Origin: Macrostomum lignano
Taxonomy: Eukaryota
Length of the DNA: 64,000 nucleotides
Reading direction: 5' to 3'
Assembly: GCA_002269645.1 (NCBI GenBank)
Contig: NIVC01002037.1
Span: 1-64,000 of the forward strand
Within the stretch, counting starts at the first letter, position 1. Each line of letters starts with the position of its first letter. Shown here one piece after another: positions 10,430 through 22,499 of this stretch. Below the pieces are notes generated by a model. That model was not told where the DNA came from and ran no database searches. It saw only the letters and a program-made list of their open reading frames with translations. Both the position numbers and the translations under genes were made by a program.

Positions 10430-10745
10430 GTACCCTGACGCACTTTAAGCGACATTGTCACACAACCGGCGAGAGTCATTACTGCCCATTTCGCCGATTC
10501 CCCTGAGCAGGCATACAAGCTCGCGGATGCGCACGCAGTCATACGCACAGGCACACACTCACACAGGAGTGCACAGCAGCCCTAACTTCATTTATTGTTA
10601 GGCATGTACACTTCACTATGCCTTGTGAGTTGGCCCTCAATGACGTTAATTACACGAGCAGAGCCAAGCCGAAATTCCAATTTAGCTCCAAAAATGTGAC
10701 TGCACTTGTGAATCGAGACTGGGCTGCTGGCACTGCCAGGACCTC
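10430..10745 (-). mobile_element. Diverged copy of the same SINE-like family
   Basis: Shares gcgacattgtcacacaacc and cacaggagtgcacagcagccct with the other copies. Confidence 0.45.
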
Positions 10746-11089
10746 AGCGCCAATGAAGCTGCTCAGCAAGTCCTCCCGCCATCACGCCAATCACGGAACA
10801 AAAAGATACCCTTTGAAGTGCGCCTTGCATAGTGAAAACAGGCGACAATGTCTCTTAAGCTATCATCCTGAAAGTGCACAAAGTGCATGACATTTGCAAG
10901 GGGTCTTGGATGCAACAGTCCCGGCCGTTAAATGTGTTAAATTGGGTTTCCAATTAGAAGGAGCAATGAACTGACCTACCAACTAGTGTCTCTTTGTTGT
11001 CAATATCGAAGTAATAGCCTATTAAAAGGACAATGATGCAACTGGGGATCGCACGTCCTTCTTTACTAACTCATTCAAGCAATCCCCAG

Positions 11090-11640
11090 ACTAACCTTCA
11101 AGCAATCCCCAGACTAACCTTCAACCAATCCACAGACTAACCTTCAAGCGATCCCCAGACTAACCTTCAAGCGATCCCCAGACTAACCTTCAAGCGAGCC
11201 CCAGACTAACCTTCAACCAATCCACAGACTAACCTTCAAGCGAGCCCCAGACTAACCTTCAACCAATCCCCAGACTAACCTTCAAGCGATCCCCAGACTA
11301 ACCTACAAGCGAGCCCCAGACTAACCTTCAACCAATCCACATACTAGCCTTCAAGCGATCCCCAGAATAACCTTCAAGCAATCCCAGACTAACCTTCAAG
11401 TGATCCCCAGACTAGCCTTCAAGTGATCCCTACACTAACTAACCTTCAAGCGATCCACATACTAGCCTTCAAGCGATCCCCAGAATAACCTTCAAGCAAT
11501 CCCAGACTAACCTTCAAGTGATCCCCAGACTAGCCTTCAAGTGATCCCTACACTAACTAACCTTCAAGTGATCCCCAGACTAGCCTTCAAGTGATCCCTA
11601 CACTAACCTTCAAGCGATCCACAGACTAACCTTCAAGCGA
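11090..11640. repeat. 23-bp minisatellite (cttcaagcgatccccagactaac)n
   Basis: Unit read directly. Confidence 0.95.
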
Positions 11641-14219
11641 ATCGGAGTTGATTAAACGCTCATAAGAGCAAAGCGTGACTATGTCAGGGGCAGATGAAAG
11701 CTGGTACATGTAGCTCGTAGATGCAGCTATATCAAGTATCACAAAGTCAAAGGTTAGTGTTGGCGCCAGCGTTCTTGATAGCTATAGCTTTTAAACTTCG
11801 TTTTACAACCTAAATCTGACAAATCTGACAATAAATGAATCGGTGGTATACGACATATGAAATTTTAAATTTACCGTCCTGCTGTCTTACAGTCTTTAAA
11901 CCAACTGTTTTTACGATTGCACGATGCAAACTTTGTTTTAGATTGTTTTCGCTATCAACCCGTTTGTATTGCTAAAGTCTATGCATTTGCCAGCAAGGAT
12001 AGAGCCTGTGTCAGTTCGGAATTTCAACCTTTGCCAACCGGTTTGTTGTCAGCCTTCTCTCATGACACAAAAAACTGCAGAAATTTTTCTCTCTTCGACT
12101 GGATACTATCCGAAAAATAGTTGCATACTAGATGACAAAAAGAGTTTAGAAGAAAGCATCTATGCTTCCTAACCCTCGTTTTGCAGTATGTTAATAAAAA
12201 AGTGTTCTGAAAACGCCACTAGCTGTACGATATTATGAAGCAGAATGTATGCGCACGAGCTGTACAGACACAAGAAACGGCTGAAAGTTCCTTTTTTGTT
12301 TTTTATTTAAATCTACCCTGTCTGCAGGGTACTGGCAGACTGGCCAGTACCCTAGGAAGGAAACTGGCAGGGGGTATACTCGTATTATACTGCAATTGTC
12401 TCTTAGACTGCACCGTCTATATATAATTTTCAACCATTATAGAACTAGCATAATAAGAATATGTAATTACATGTACTTGTATTCGGTTTGGCTCTTCTCC
12501 AACTGCTGCATGAACTCGATATGCATGTAAAATCTGAGATGGAGTTTAAATCTGACCTGCTAAATTCAAGCCTGATATTGTAATGGACATTATGTATCCT
12601 GTGCGACAACATTATCACAATATAAGTTAATTTAGTGCTTCAATTATGCTAGCACGACTCAGCGGGTATGATGTTGCCCCAGGCGTCAGGTCACTTGCGC
12701 GGGTGATAAGCATGCAGCCCATAATCAAACGAAGCTTGCTTTCTGGTTTACAAGGACAGGTAGTGCTGCTGGAAGAAGACTTCAGCCTCATCAGGCATTG
12801 TGGTGAAGGGCGTTGTCCGCGCAGAATAGGGAGTCTAGCTACTGCTTCAGATACTCTAACGGCCTCGTTGCTCTCTGGATGTGTGCAAATGTATTTAGTA
12901 CATGTTGAAGGCCCAAGTTCTCTCTGTGAAGTGTCTGTATTGTTCTCTGTTGATGAACATTGCAGCTTGAGATCCAGGCTCTATGTACGAGTTGGGCATA
13001 GCCAACAAGAAGATTCAAGTCCATTTAGACTTAACTTGTACATGTACGTCATTCTCGCGTGACATCACGGCATGGTTGTACATATTTTTCATCAAGTTGT
13101 ACCTCGTTAGGATTTCGTTTTGGGTTATAGGGTTAGGATATTAGAGTTAGGGTTCATAGGATAGAGTTTAGGCTAAGCACACGTAAGCTATAGTAGGGGT
13201 TTGGTTTGACAGTCAACTCGCGGCTGTCAGATGTCGCAGACTCAGTGGAGTGGTTCGATGGCTTAATTCTGTAGATGCTATTACGGTCGTACTCTTGATT
13301 CCAAAAGTAAGTAGACCACGATTTATCGTTCAATATCTGTAATGTTTATTAGCTAAATACAGCTTTTCATAGTCTTCTATTGGCTATCGAATGTAGATCT
13401 GCATCTGCGCCAGAAATATTTAATGACGCTAGCTACAAACTGTTCGATTGTTGACCTGCCCGAGACCTACTGAGCTGTTTTTGCCATCGCTCAGGCTGCA
13501 GCTATTTTTTGCGTAGAACGCTTGTTTTTTCAGGAAATTGTCTACGGAGCAGTAGGAGCAGTAATTGTGCGTTCATATTCGAGCAGGGTTTTTTTAAGAC
13601 GAGCCTGTCCTCCGCAGGCACGCAATGACTGTACAGTTCCGTGCATGCACAAGAGAGATTAATAGCTAGTGTCTGTCGTGATGTGCTCAGGTGTGCTCAG
13701 GTTTATTATATAGGCTCTCCAACGCATTGCTACGCATACTTAATGATAAATATATGCAGGAAAGCGAAAAATAAATTCTGCAATAAGTGTCTGCTATACG
13801 AGTAAGTAACTTTTTCCAGGTAAGTATGAGTATTTTGTCTGAAACTTTTGGATAGATAAGCGAACAGAAAAATATTTAATCTTGAAACATGCCTCGTTTA
13901 GTGTTTTCCTTAGCATGATGCAGCTATGCAAATTTTCAAGTCAAGAATCTTCCCGCTTGGTTATTACTTATTATCCATATGCTGACGGCTTTTGATGGTT
14001 AGTGAAACGGTTTTTGCAAGCTCAAAATTTGAAATCGTCGAAAAAGTGTTGCTAAGCTAGCTCCAGGATTCGAGACTTCGATGTTGTTTCTTCGATTTGA
14101 TGTTTCGATATTGTCAAAAATTTTGTCTGGAATGATGAGAAATTCATGTCTACCCGACAATTGACTGCCACAGATTGACTGCCAACCCTAATTTAAAAGC
14201 AAGCCAAAATTGGCACTGG

Positions 14220-14535
14220 CAGCCAAATGTCACTGACAGTCAAGTGTAACTGACAGTCAAATGTCACTGACAGTCAAATGTCACTGGCAGTCAAATGTCA
14301 CTGACAGTCAAATGTCACTGACAGTCAAATGTCACTGACAGTCAAATGTCACTGGCAGTCAAATGTCACTGACAGTCAAATGTCACTGACAGTCAAATGT
14401 CACTGACAGTCAAATGTCACTGACAGTCAAATGTCACTGACAGTCAAATGTCACTGACAGTCAAATGTCACTGACAGTCAAATGTCACTGACAGTCAAAT
14501 GTCACTGGCAGTCAAATGTCACTGACAGTCAAATG
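14220..14535. repeat. 17-bp minisatellite (gtcactgacagtcaaat)n
   Basis: Unit read directly, about 18 copies. Confidence 0.95.
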
Positions 14536-16319
14536 ACGATATTCCGTGAAATTTCCAGCTTGTGAAAGATTCCAAATTCTTGTGATTCCGAAACTTGTGT
14601 GGAGGGCAAAACATCGAGATAACTTTACTTTATGCGACTTAAGCTTGAATGAAAACATTTAATAAAAATGAAACATATAATTTTAATACTGTTAACAAGG
14701 ACCACTGTAGTAGACGGACTCGGCACTCACGAACCATGGAAAAAGTTTTGAAGGCTGATTTTTTAAGTTTGATGCTGTCTCTTCAGAAACAGATATTAAG
14801 ATGATGAGTTTGCATCCCTACTGCTCATTTGTCTGCCTGTTGCTTTCTTCTGTGATGCATTTTGAGTTCGCAGTAGGCGATTAACTATTTCAAGGTGAAC
14901 ATTAGAGCAGCAGGTACTTAGCCCCCATAACACAGTATCCATATCTGCACATACTGCCTGTACAGATGTTACAGACATACGCGTGGTAAATTTTGAAAAA
15001 TCATTAAGGTATAAGCGAATTTTAAAACAATTATGGCATTGTACGAGATGGATGTCTCGTAGTTGAAAAGTCTTACGTTTAATTAGTCTGTGGTACTGGG
15101 TAGCCATTTATTGGAAATAGCTAAGTGTACTAGAAAAAATTGACAGTAAAATGCATGAAAATGAGCAAAGCAGAAATAAAAGGCAAAATGTGAGATCAGT
15201 AGAAACTTGGTATCAAAAATGTGACATTCTGGGAAACAAAAATAAATTGACTGAACTCTGAAACAATGCAGAAAAGGTAACTGTAAGGCTATTTATAACT
15301 AATACGGTAACACAATAATCATCTTTCTAAATCTGACTAAATTGCTAAATTTGGAATTGCACACCAACAAATAGATTGGGTGGCTGTACTGAAAACGGTG
15401 TGGAATTTCATTTTACTGGTGCGGAAGCCAGTGAGGAGGGGAGTGAGGGGATGGTGGGTAGGAAGGTTGAGAGTAGTAGTGTAGAGTGAGGGGATAGTTA
15501 GGAGGGAAAATGTTACCTGACTGAGCGCATGCAACTATGTTGATGAAATGAAAACAGGTCGAACGGACCAAACTAATAAATAAATAATAATAAATGGATT
15601 AAGAGCTCAGCTTACCATCAAACTCAAATTCCTTCAATCTGTAGTGCATAGATACAGTCTACAGATACAGCAAATCTAAGTACTATGTTTATACAATTTT
15701 CACAGAATATTATAATGAGTTGTAAATATTTCCTATCACTATATATAGGCCCTAGTTGTGTTGAACTGCAATTGTTTAGGCTAGGCTATGTTTAGTTGAG
15801 AGAACTAGGACTACAATCATTACAATCAACACAACTTATTAAACCATTAATTTCCAATAAGCAATAAACTGAAGAGATACAAGTTATTTATAAAGCAAAA
15901 TTGCATTATACTTAGTGATCTAGGTCAATTAGTAGAGTATTCTAAGCTAACATCTGGCTGATTATAGTTCTGGTTTCATTCTGACAAATCAAAACATTAG
16001 TTTTGTTGGTACTAAGCATTAACATTCAATACACGATTATTACAATGCTGTGAAATATAATTAAACCCTCAAAACGCATACAAAGTTTGAATATGGCTAC
16101 ATATTATTGGCTTAGTGAAGAAAGCGAGTAGCAGAGAATTAAAAAATATGGTCGCACAAACAGACACAAAGCGTACGGAAAATCAGCCTTCAATTTTTTT
16201 CCGTGGTTCGTGAGTGCCGAGTCCTTCTACTACAGTGGTCCTTGATCAAAAACACACAAAAAATGACTGTTAACTTCTCCTTCGATTTACAATACCTTGT
16301 CATAGTACACAGCCAAGCG

Positions 16320-17630
16320 ATGCAAGCACCGACAGAAAGTCTCATACTGCTACTGGCGTGCACTCTGACGGCGCTCCTGCCGGCTGCTGCAGCTGCTCAG
16401 CCTCAGTTGGATGACGATCTGAACAAATACATTATACTGCCGAAAAACTTCAGTCTAACGCACGAGTGCTGCTGCGAGAACATGATGAACTCGCCCAGGT
16501 TTGACTACTTCTGCCAGGTGTCTGAAAAACCCTACCCGAATGCCAGCTGCATGACTGGTTGGGTAGACTGCTCCGATCTGCCGGGCAGAATCGTGTACAG
16601 CTTGACGATAAACTGTACATCTTACCCATCTGTGACTGTCAATCTGCGAGCTCTCACCGTGGCTCACAACTCAAGCAGCATCGAGAACGAAATCAGCTAT
16701 CCGCCACAACTGGTACATCTAGTGAACTGCAACGTAAACGGTTTCGAAGTTGGAATCCTTGAGCTGCCAGCTGAAAATGTCTCCCTCGATTACGGCATGG
16801 AAGTTGCACCGTTTGGAAGTCCGGATAGGCCGGGCGTTGGCGGTTACTACACTGTTAACGTCACTTATCCGCGTGAATTCCGCCAGGCTGACTGTTGGAT
16901 GGTGGAATTGAACATTGAAAATGCAAGCACTCTTTGGTATCTGCCGTCCTACCTGTGTCACAAGTGCAACTCTCTCAAGAACATCTTCATATCTAATTCT
17001 CCAATCGAATGGATCTCGATTCGCGATGTTCTCTCTTTGCATAACGTACGAAGTTTTTCTCTGACCCACAGCCGCCTAAAGTACTTTGCAAGCGACGCTC
17101 TGAGCACAGCTATCAAGCTATTAGATAGATACCTGGAAGCTGGAGTGCAAACCGGCTGCATCAATGACACTGAAGCCGCGATCAAAGCTCTAAACTCAAT
17201 ACGCAGCCGCACAGGACGGTTGAGTAGCCCCACCCAGCTATACGACACGATGGGCACCGCCAATATCGACTTCACCCTGCTATTTGGCTACAGATTGAGA
17301 AGCGCTTTCTCGGGCAATAAAACCGAGCCCGCCTGCGACATGCCTGGCAAGATGGCCCTGACCGATCTCGATTTGTCTTTCAACGCTTTGACGGATATAC
17401 CTTTCTCAATTAGCATGTTCGATCAGCTGAACCGGGTCAATCTTAGCCACAACAGAATCCGCAGCTTGTACCACGGCTGGATGTGCTGGTATCCGCCAGT
17501 TCCCGAAAACCAGAAGAACACTTCAAACCGGCACTGCTATTGGTTCAGAGCGGCTCGAGCTAGTCTGAAGGTCCTGGACTTGTCATTTAACGAAATCAAT
17601 ATGATCGGAGAGATACAGCCTTGGCACCAG
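16320..17630 (+). CDS. Toll-like receptor-like gene B, exon 1
   Basis: ATG 16320, MQAPTESLILLLACTLTALLPAAAAA signal peptide; colinear with A exon 1; donor CAG|gtgagc at 17631. Confidence 0.85.
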
Positions 17631-18508
17631 GTGAGCTAATTATTAATACTAAATTGTTGGTTATCATTATACAAAGCAATTGAAAGGGAGTCATTGAAGT
17701 TTGTGTTGGTTGTGGCCGTTTCAAGACCCCGGATTCGTAAAGTGTTGGAACACGATGACACTGATATCGCTCACTCTGCGATCCTATCGATATGAGTAAT
17801 AGTCGAACCGGTCGATAAATTGAACCTTCGCAGTAATCAGACACCGTTTTATGGCTCAATTATCTTTTCATTTAGCTCTTAGCTGACTACGTAAAAAATT
17901 GTTACAGAATGATCAAACAGATTTTTAGAAACCCATGAGTCGGGCTGTGTCATTTTAATGGTTTTGAGCAAATACTCATTTAAGTAAAAAAGATATAAGC
18001 AAAATAGTTTTTGTCTCGAAAAAAGGAAAAACGTGCTTCTCCCTACTTTTTTCGGTTAATTCTGCCGTCTAATATTTTCAAAGAAACGCAATTTCTTCCC
18101 CACACTTGGCTGGGCCGTGTCTGTCTACGGTTAAATGCTTTTTCATTTCCTTGGCCAGGCCAAAGAAATGATTGGCTAGGCCAAAGAAATGAGCTCTCAG
18201 CTGGAGAATTCGGCCCAGAGAAGGGAAGAAGCGGAAAGTAAAGCTCTAAACCAAACTGACTGCAATCGATAGCTTTTCGGGCCGGTGGACTAGAAACGCC
18301 GAGACATCTTATCCAGGTCTTTTCATGGGGCTTCCAGTTGATAAAATGAGGATTTCAGGTTAACATAAGTCTCTAGAATGAAGCTTTGCTGTGGGCTCCA
18401 ATCATATGCATGTTTAACTTGAAAAAAATCAATGAGTTAAGTGTCTCAAAGAATTTTAATATGATTTTTCAGAAATATTGTTCTCTAAAATTCACCTCTC
18501 CGCTTCAG

Positions 18509-20756
18509 GTGGCGTTGTCGTATCTCATTCTCCGCGGCAACAGAATAATGAGCGTCAACCCGGATGCGTTCGCTTACTCGCCATTAGCCACGAGCTTGCT
18601 GAATTTATATCTGGATGAAAATCTTTTGTCGTATTTTCACCTGGAATGCCTGACCCGACTGGAAGTCCTGAGTCTCGAGGGCTGTCGAATCGCGAATATC
18701 GAGCAGGAATCGCTGCCCAAGTCGAAATCGCTCAGGGAAATCAATCTCGATAGCAACAGAATTTTCGCCATCGCTCCGGGCGTTTTTGAACAGCTTGAAA
18801 AGCTTGAGTTTGTTCGGCTACATCATAACAGGCTGATGCACTTTTATGCGAACAGTTTCAAAACGCCCCCAAGATCGACCTTGGCGTCCAGAGTCATCAT
18901 ACACATTGCCAACCAGAGCGATATACCCATATGCGACTGCAGCCACGTATATAAGAAGATACTGCAGGATGAGGAGTTTGGAAATCCCCAAAAAAGCTAC
19001 GTTTATCCGAGGATTTTGCCAGAAGATATGTCCACCGAGTGCCAGTTCTTCTCCAGATTCAGCTCAACCAGAGTGGTAAAGAAACTAAGCGAATCAAATC
19101 AAAGTGAGTTTCTATGTGAATTCCAGGACAATCAAAAGCACAAGCTGCCCTGGAATTACTGTAACGAAAACGTCACTATTATGGGTCGAGAAAAGTGCTT
19201 TGTGAAGTGCATCTACGGCTGCCGGTGTTACCACGATGACGGATGGGATATTTCTGACCTGGACTGCACCCCGGGCAATTCCACAGTCACCACCGACCTG
19301 GTTAAGATGCGATTCGAATTCCCAATCAAGTACATGTTCATGGCCGGACTTAAGGACTCGGAGTTCTTCCGGCACGTCTCCAAGGGATCATTTAAATGGT
19401 TGAACGAAAGCGATTCAAATGAATTACTGTTCTTGCAGCTGAATAATAGCAACGTCAAATATGTTGAGAAAGATGCGTTCGCAAATTTTGAGAACATAGT
19501 TGTTATTTACCTGCACGACAACAATATTACCAGCATTAATCCGAGCCCTTTTATTGGAAACTGCTTTTTAAATAAAAATCTAAACCAGATCACGCTGCAT
19601 AACAACAGAATGAACTACATCGACCCGGCAATAATTAATGGAACGTGTCCTGTGGGCCTTTCAGGTGTGAGCTTAAGCGGCAATCCGTGGCACTGCTCCT
19701 GCCATGGAAAATGGATCGAGCTCCACAAAACACTCATCCAGGACTCTAGAAAAACACAAACAGTATCGGACTTCCGAAATATGTATTGCACAATTGACGC
19801 GTCTATAGTTGGTGCATGCACGGAGAACCGTGAAAATCTGCAATGGAGTGACGTATGCCAAAATGCAAATGATACGGCTAATTACCCAGTTGCCGACGAA
19901 GGCAGACTTGTCAAAGTTTGCGAGCTCATAGCGGACTCGGCAGTGCAGCAGCGAAGGCAGATCGTCCGGATGATTCTAACCTCAGTATTCGGTCTCGCGC
20001 TGCTCGGTGTCGCGATGCTCGCCGTCCGCCGTCGACACCGACTGCTGGCCGTGGTTCGAGTCCTCATCCTCCTCAAGTACCAGAGCAGTCGGCGACTGCA
20101 GCAGCAGGCATCTCGGGACTCGCTGCCGTACGACGCGATGCTGTGGGCGTCGGACAGAGACCAGGACTGTCTGGTCGACGTGCTGAACTGCGTGCGCAGC
20201 GCCTCGGGCGGAGACGAGCTCGAGCTGTGCGTTCCGGAGAGCTTCCTCTACTCGGACCTGTGCTCCTGTCCACTCACCTACTTTGACTGTCCGGCTGAGG
20301 GAGCCAAGTTCAGCGGCAAGGTGGTGGTGGCTTTGTCCGAGAGGTTTCTCGACACCCAGTACCTGGCTCTGTGTCAGGTGATTCGAGAGCTCGACAGCTT
20401 AGGTCGGAATCCGTTCAAGGACATCGTGTTTCTGCGCCTGAGCTCGCGCAGAGTGTCGCTTCAGCGCCAGAGACAGCTCGGACCTGAGGACGTGGAGGCG
20501 TTCCACACTCTGCAGAGAATCCTCGCAGAGAGCGACATCGAATACAAGTCCGTGGACTGGGAGTACAGACTCATCGAGCGCATTCGGAACCGAGATCCGG
20601 CCGCTGTTCTCCTGTTGGACCGAACAGCGGAACTGGAGTTACCGACGGCAGCTGCTGGCGGTTCGGAAAGACCAGCCGCTACAGCAACTGCGGAGCTTCC
20701 TGATCTTCCTGACGATGAGCAGGCGCTGATTGTCGACGTTGAGCAGCCAGTTACGA
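18509..20756 (+). CDS. TLR-like gene B, exon 2 (LRRs, Cys cluster, LRRCT NPWHCSC, TM, TIR-like domain 1), uninterrupted
   Basis: Acceptor cttcag|GTG; open frame through TM IVRMILTSVFGLALLGVAMLAV and YDAMLWASDRD...KVVVALSERFL; donor A|gtaagt at 20757. Confidence 0.85.
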
Positions 20757-20979
20757 GTAAGTATAACTGCCAGAGCTTTTTGTAGTCTCACTTGCCCCTT
20801 TAGTTGTTAATTTCGTTCCGAAAATTAAACTCTGATACGCAACTCTAGAGTACTACACGTAGCTCGTACATTGAGTTGAATTAGACATTTTCTTATCTCG
20901 AGAAACTCATGATGCATCTAAAGAAACAATTTTTATTTGTAAAGCTCCAAGCTAACGTTTTAATCAACATATTCAAAAG

Positions 20980-21398
20980 TTCGAGCCGCCGCCGCTCCCG
21001 GTGCGGCTGTCAGTGACTGGCCACCGTTCCACTCGGACAAAGTGCCGGAGGTCTTCATCCTGTCTGCTCCTGAGTCCGCCTCTGACTCCGAGTCCCGAGC
21101 CGACCCAGATTCGAGCTCAAACACCGTCGTCGAGCTCATCGTTCGTCGCCTCCAAGGCGTTCGGCTCGGCACCAACGACGCGGCCCTGACTGCTCGCTGG
21201 CCTGACAACTTCGAGGGCGCCTCGCCAGCCGGCCGCATCAACAGCTTCCTGATGAAGCGAACTCGCCAGTTCGTGCTGCTGCTCAGCAACGGCCTGCTCA
21301 GTTGGCTCAGAGACGAGGCCGAGCTGCAGTGCGAGTTCCAAGCCTTCCTCGCTGCGAACTCGTTCAGACGCCGCCTGCTGGTAGTTCAGGTTGGACAG
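20980..21398 (+). CDS. TLR-like gene B, exon 3 (TIR-like domain 2)
   Basis: Phase-1 acceptor caaaag|TT with upstream gctaac branch-like site; donor CAG|gtgaga at 21399. Confidence 0.65.
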
Positions 21399-21429
21399 GT
21401 GAGACTGAGTGAGCAGGTGTGAGTTTTGA

Positions 21430-21610
21430 GTAGCTTTGCCTCACTGCTGTGTGAGTGAGACAGCTCTCCCTCACTGCTGTGTGTGAGTGAGACAGCTCTC
21501 CCTCCCTGCTGTGTGAGTGAGACAGCTCTCTCTCACTGCTTTGTGAGTGAGACAGCTCTCCCTCACTGCTGTGTGAGTGAGACAGCTCTCCCTCACTGCT
21601 GTTTGAGTGA
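21430..21610. repeat. Same 30-bp minisatellite in last intron of TLR-like B (about 6 units)
   Basis: Unit matches 9410-9855. Confidence 0.9.
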
Positions 21611-21634
21611 GTATCGATCTTTATTCACTCGCAG

Positions 21635-21808
21635 GTGGACAGCCGGTCGAGAGCTCGCTACCGGGCGCTGGCGAATCAGCGATTGGACGGCGGGGAGTCC
21701 GGGTCGGCGACGAACTGGTACGACATGAGCGCCGAGGACTGCGACGTCGAGGCGCTGGGGTTGTGGCTGGACGGAGTGCTGTACAAAAAGGCTGATTTAC
21801 GTAAATAA
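21635..21808 (+). CDS. TLR-like gene B, exon 4 (ends ...WLDGVLYKKADLRK*)
   Basis: Acceptor ctcgcag|GTG; the four exons total 4152 nt, giving a 1383-aa product. Confidence 0.65.
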   Translation: MDSRSRARYRALANQRLDGGESGSATNWYDMSAEDCDVEALGLWLDGVLYKKADLRK

Positions 21809-22499
21809 TATTTAATTTTAAATTGGACATCCATGGCACATTTTGACTTGAATAGCTCGTACACTCTAAGAAACTAGAAAACGTAGACTTAAATTCTGAA
21901 GTGTCATATAGACTATTTACATGTACTTATCCGTATATGGTATACGTACTTTAGTTGTTGAGGATTCAAACCTAGGCTACTATTAGTAGCTAGTAGAAAT
22001 CTTCTCCACGAAGAAATAGAAGAATTTATGCATTGAATCTGTGCCATAGACCTATTTTTCGTATTTTGTACTTTATTTCCAGCTTTTTGACAACGGTATC
22101 TGGCAGACGTATCCGGAAGACGTTTGTCTTACTGTTTGTTTGGTCGTGAGCTTTTTTGTCTTTTCTATTTATTCATCGTGCGCCTATTTTTGTTTCGGAA
22201 AAATCTTTAATCTTTTTTTTTAGTTTTAATGCCTTTAGGTTGTTGCTGTCTTATTGTAGAGATCATCACTCGAAAACTTTTATAGCGAGCGTGTGAATTG
22301 GTTATAATTTTCTGGTAACTATGCCATTTTTCTATTTTTCTTAGCTAAAGTACTAATCTTAGTTAGCTAAAAAATATGTACTTCCCTAAACTTTTAAATA
22401 TCTGTATTAACAGAGTGTTTTTCATCGTTATATATCGACAAATTATCCAAAAAGGTCGTGAGAACTTTTAACTTACGCCTGTGTACTTCTGAATGATAC

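Noticed and set aside
12646-13062. 138-aa ORF and possible retroelement remnant; ctgatga on the minus strand
   Set aside because: No recognisable domain; the ctgatga lacks stem II and GAAA, so it is not a hammerhead
13110-13200. Telomere-like ggttaggg tract
   Set aside because: Too short and degenerate to call an interstitial telomere
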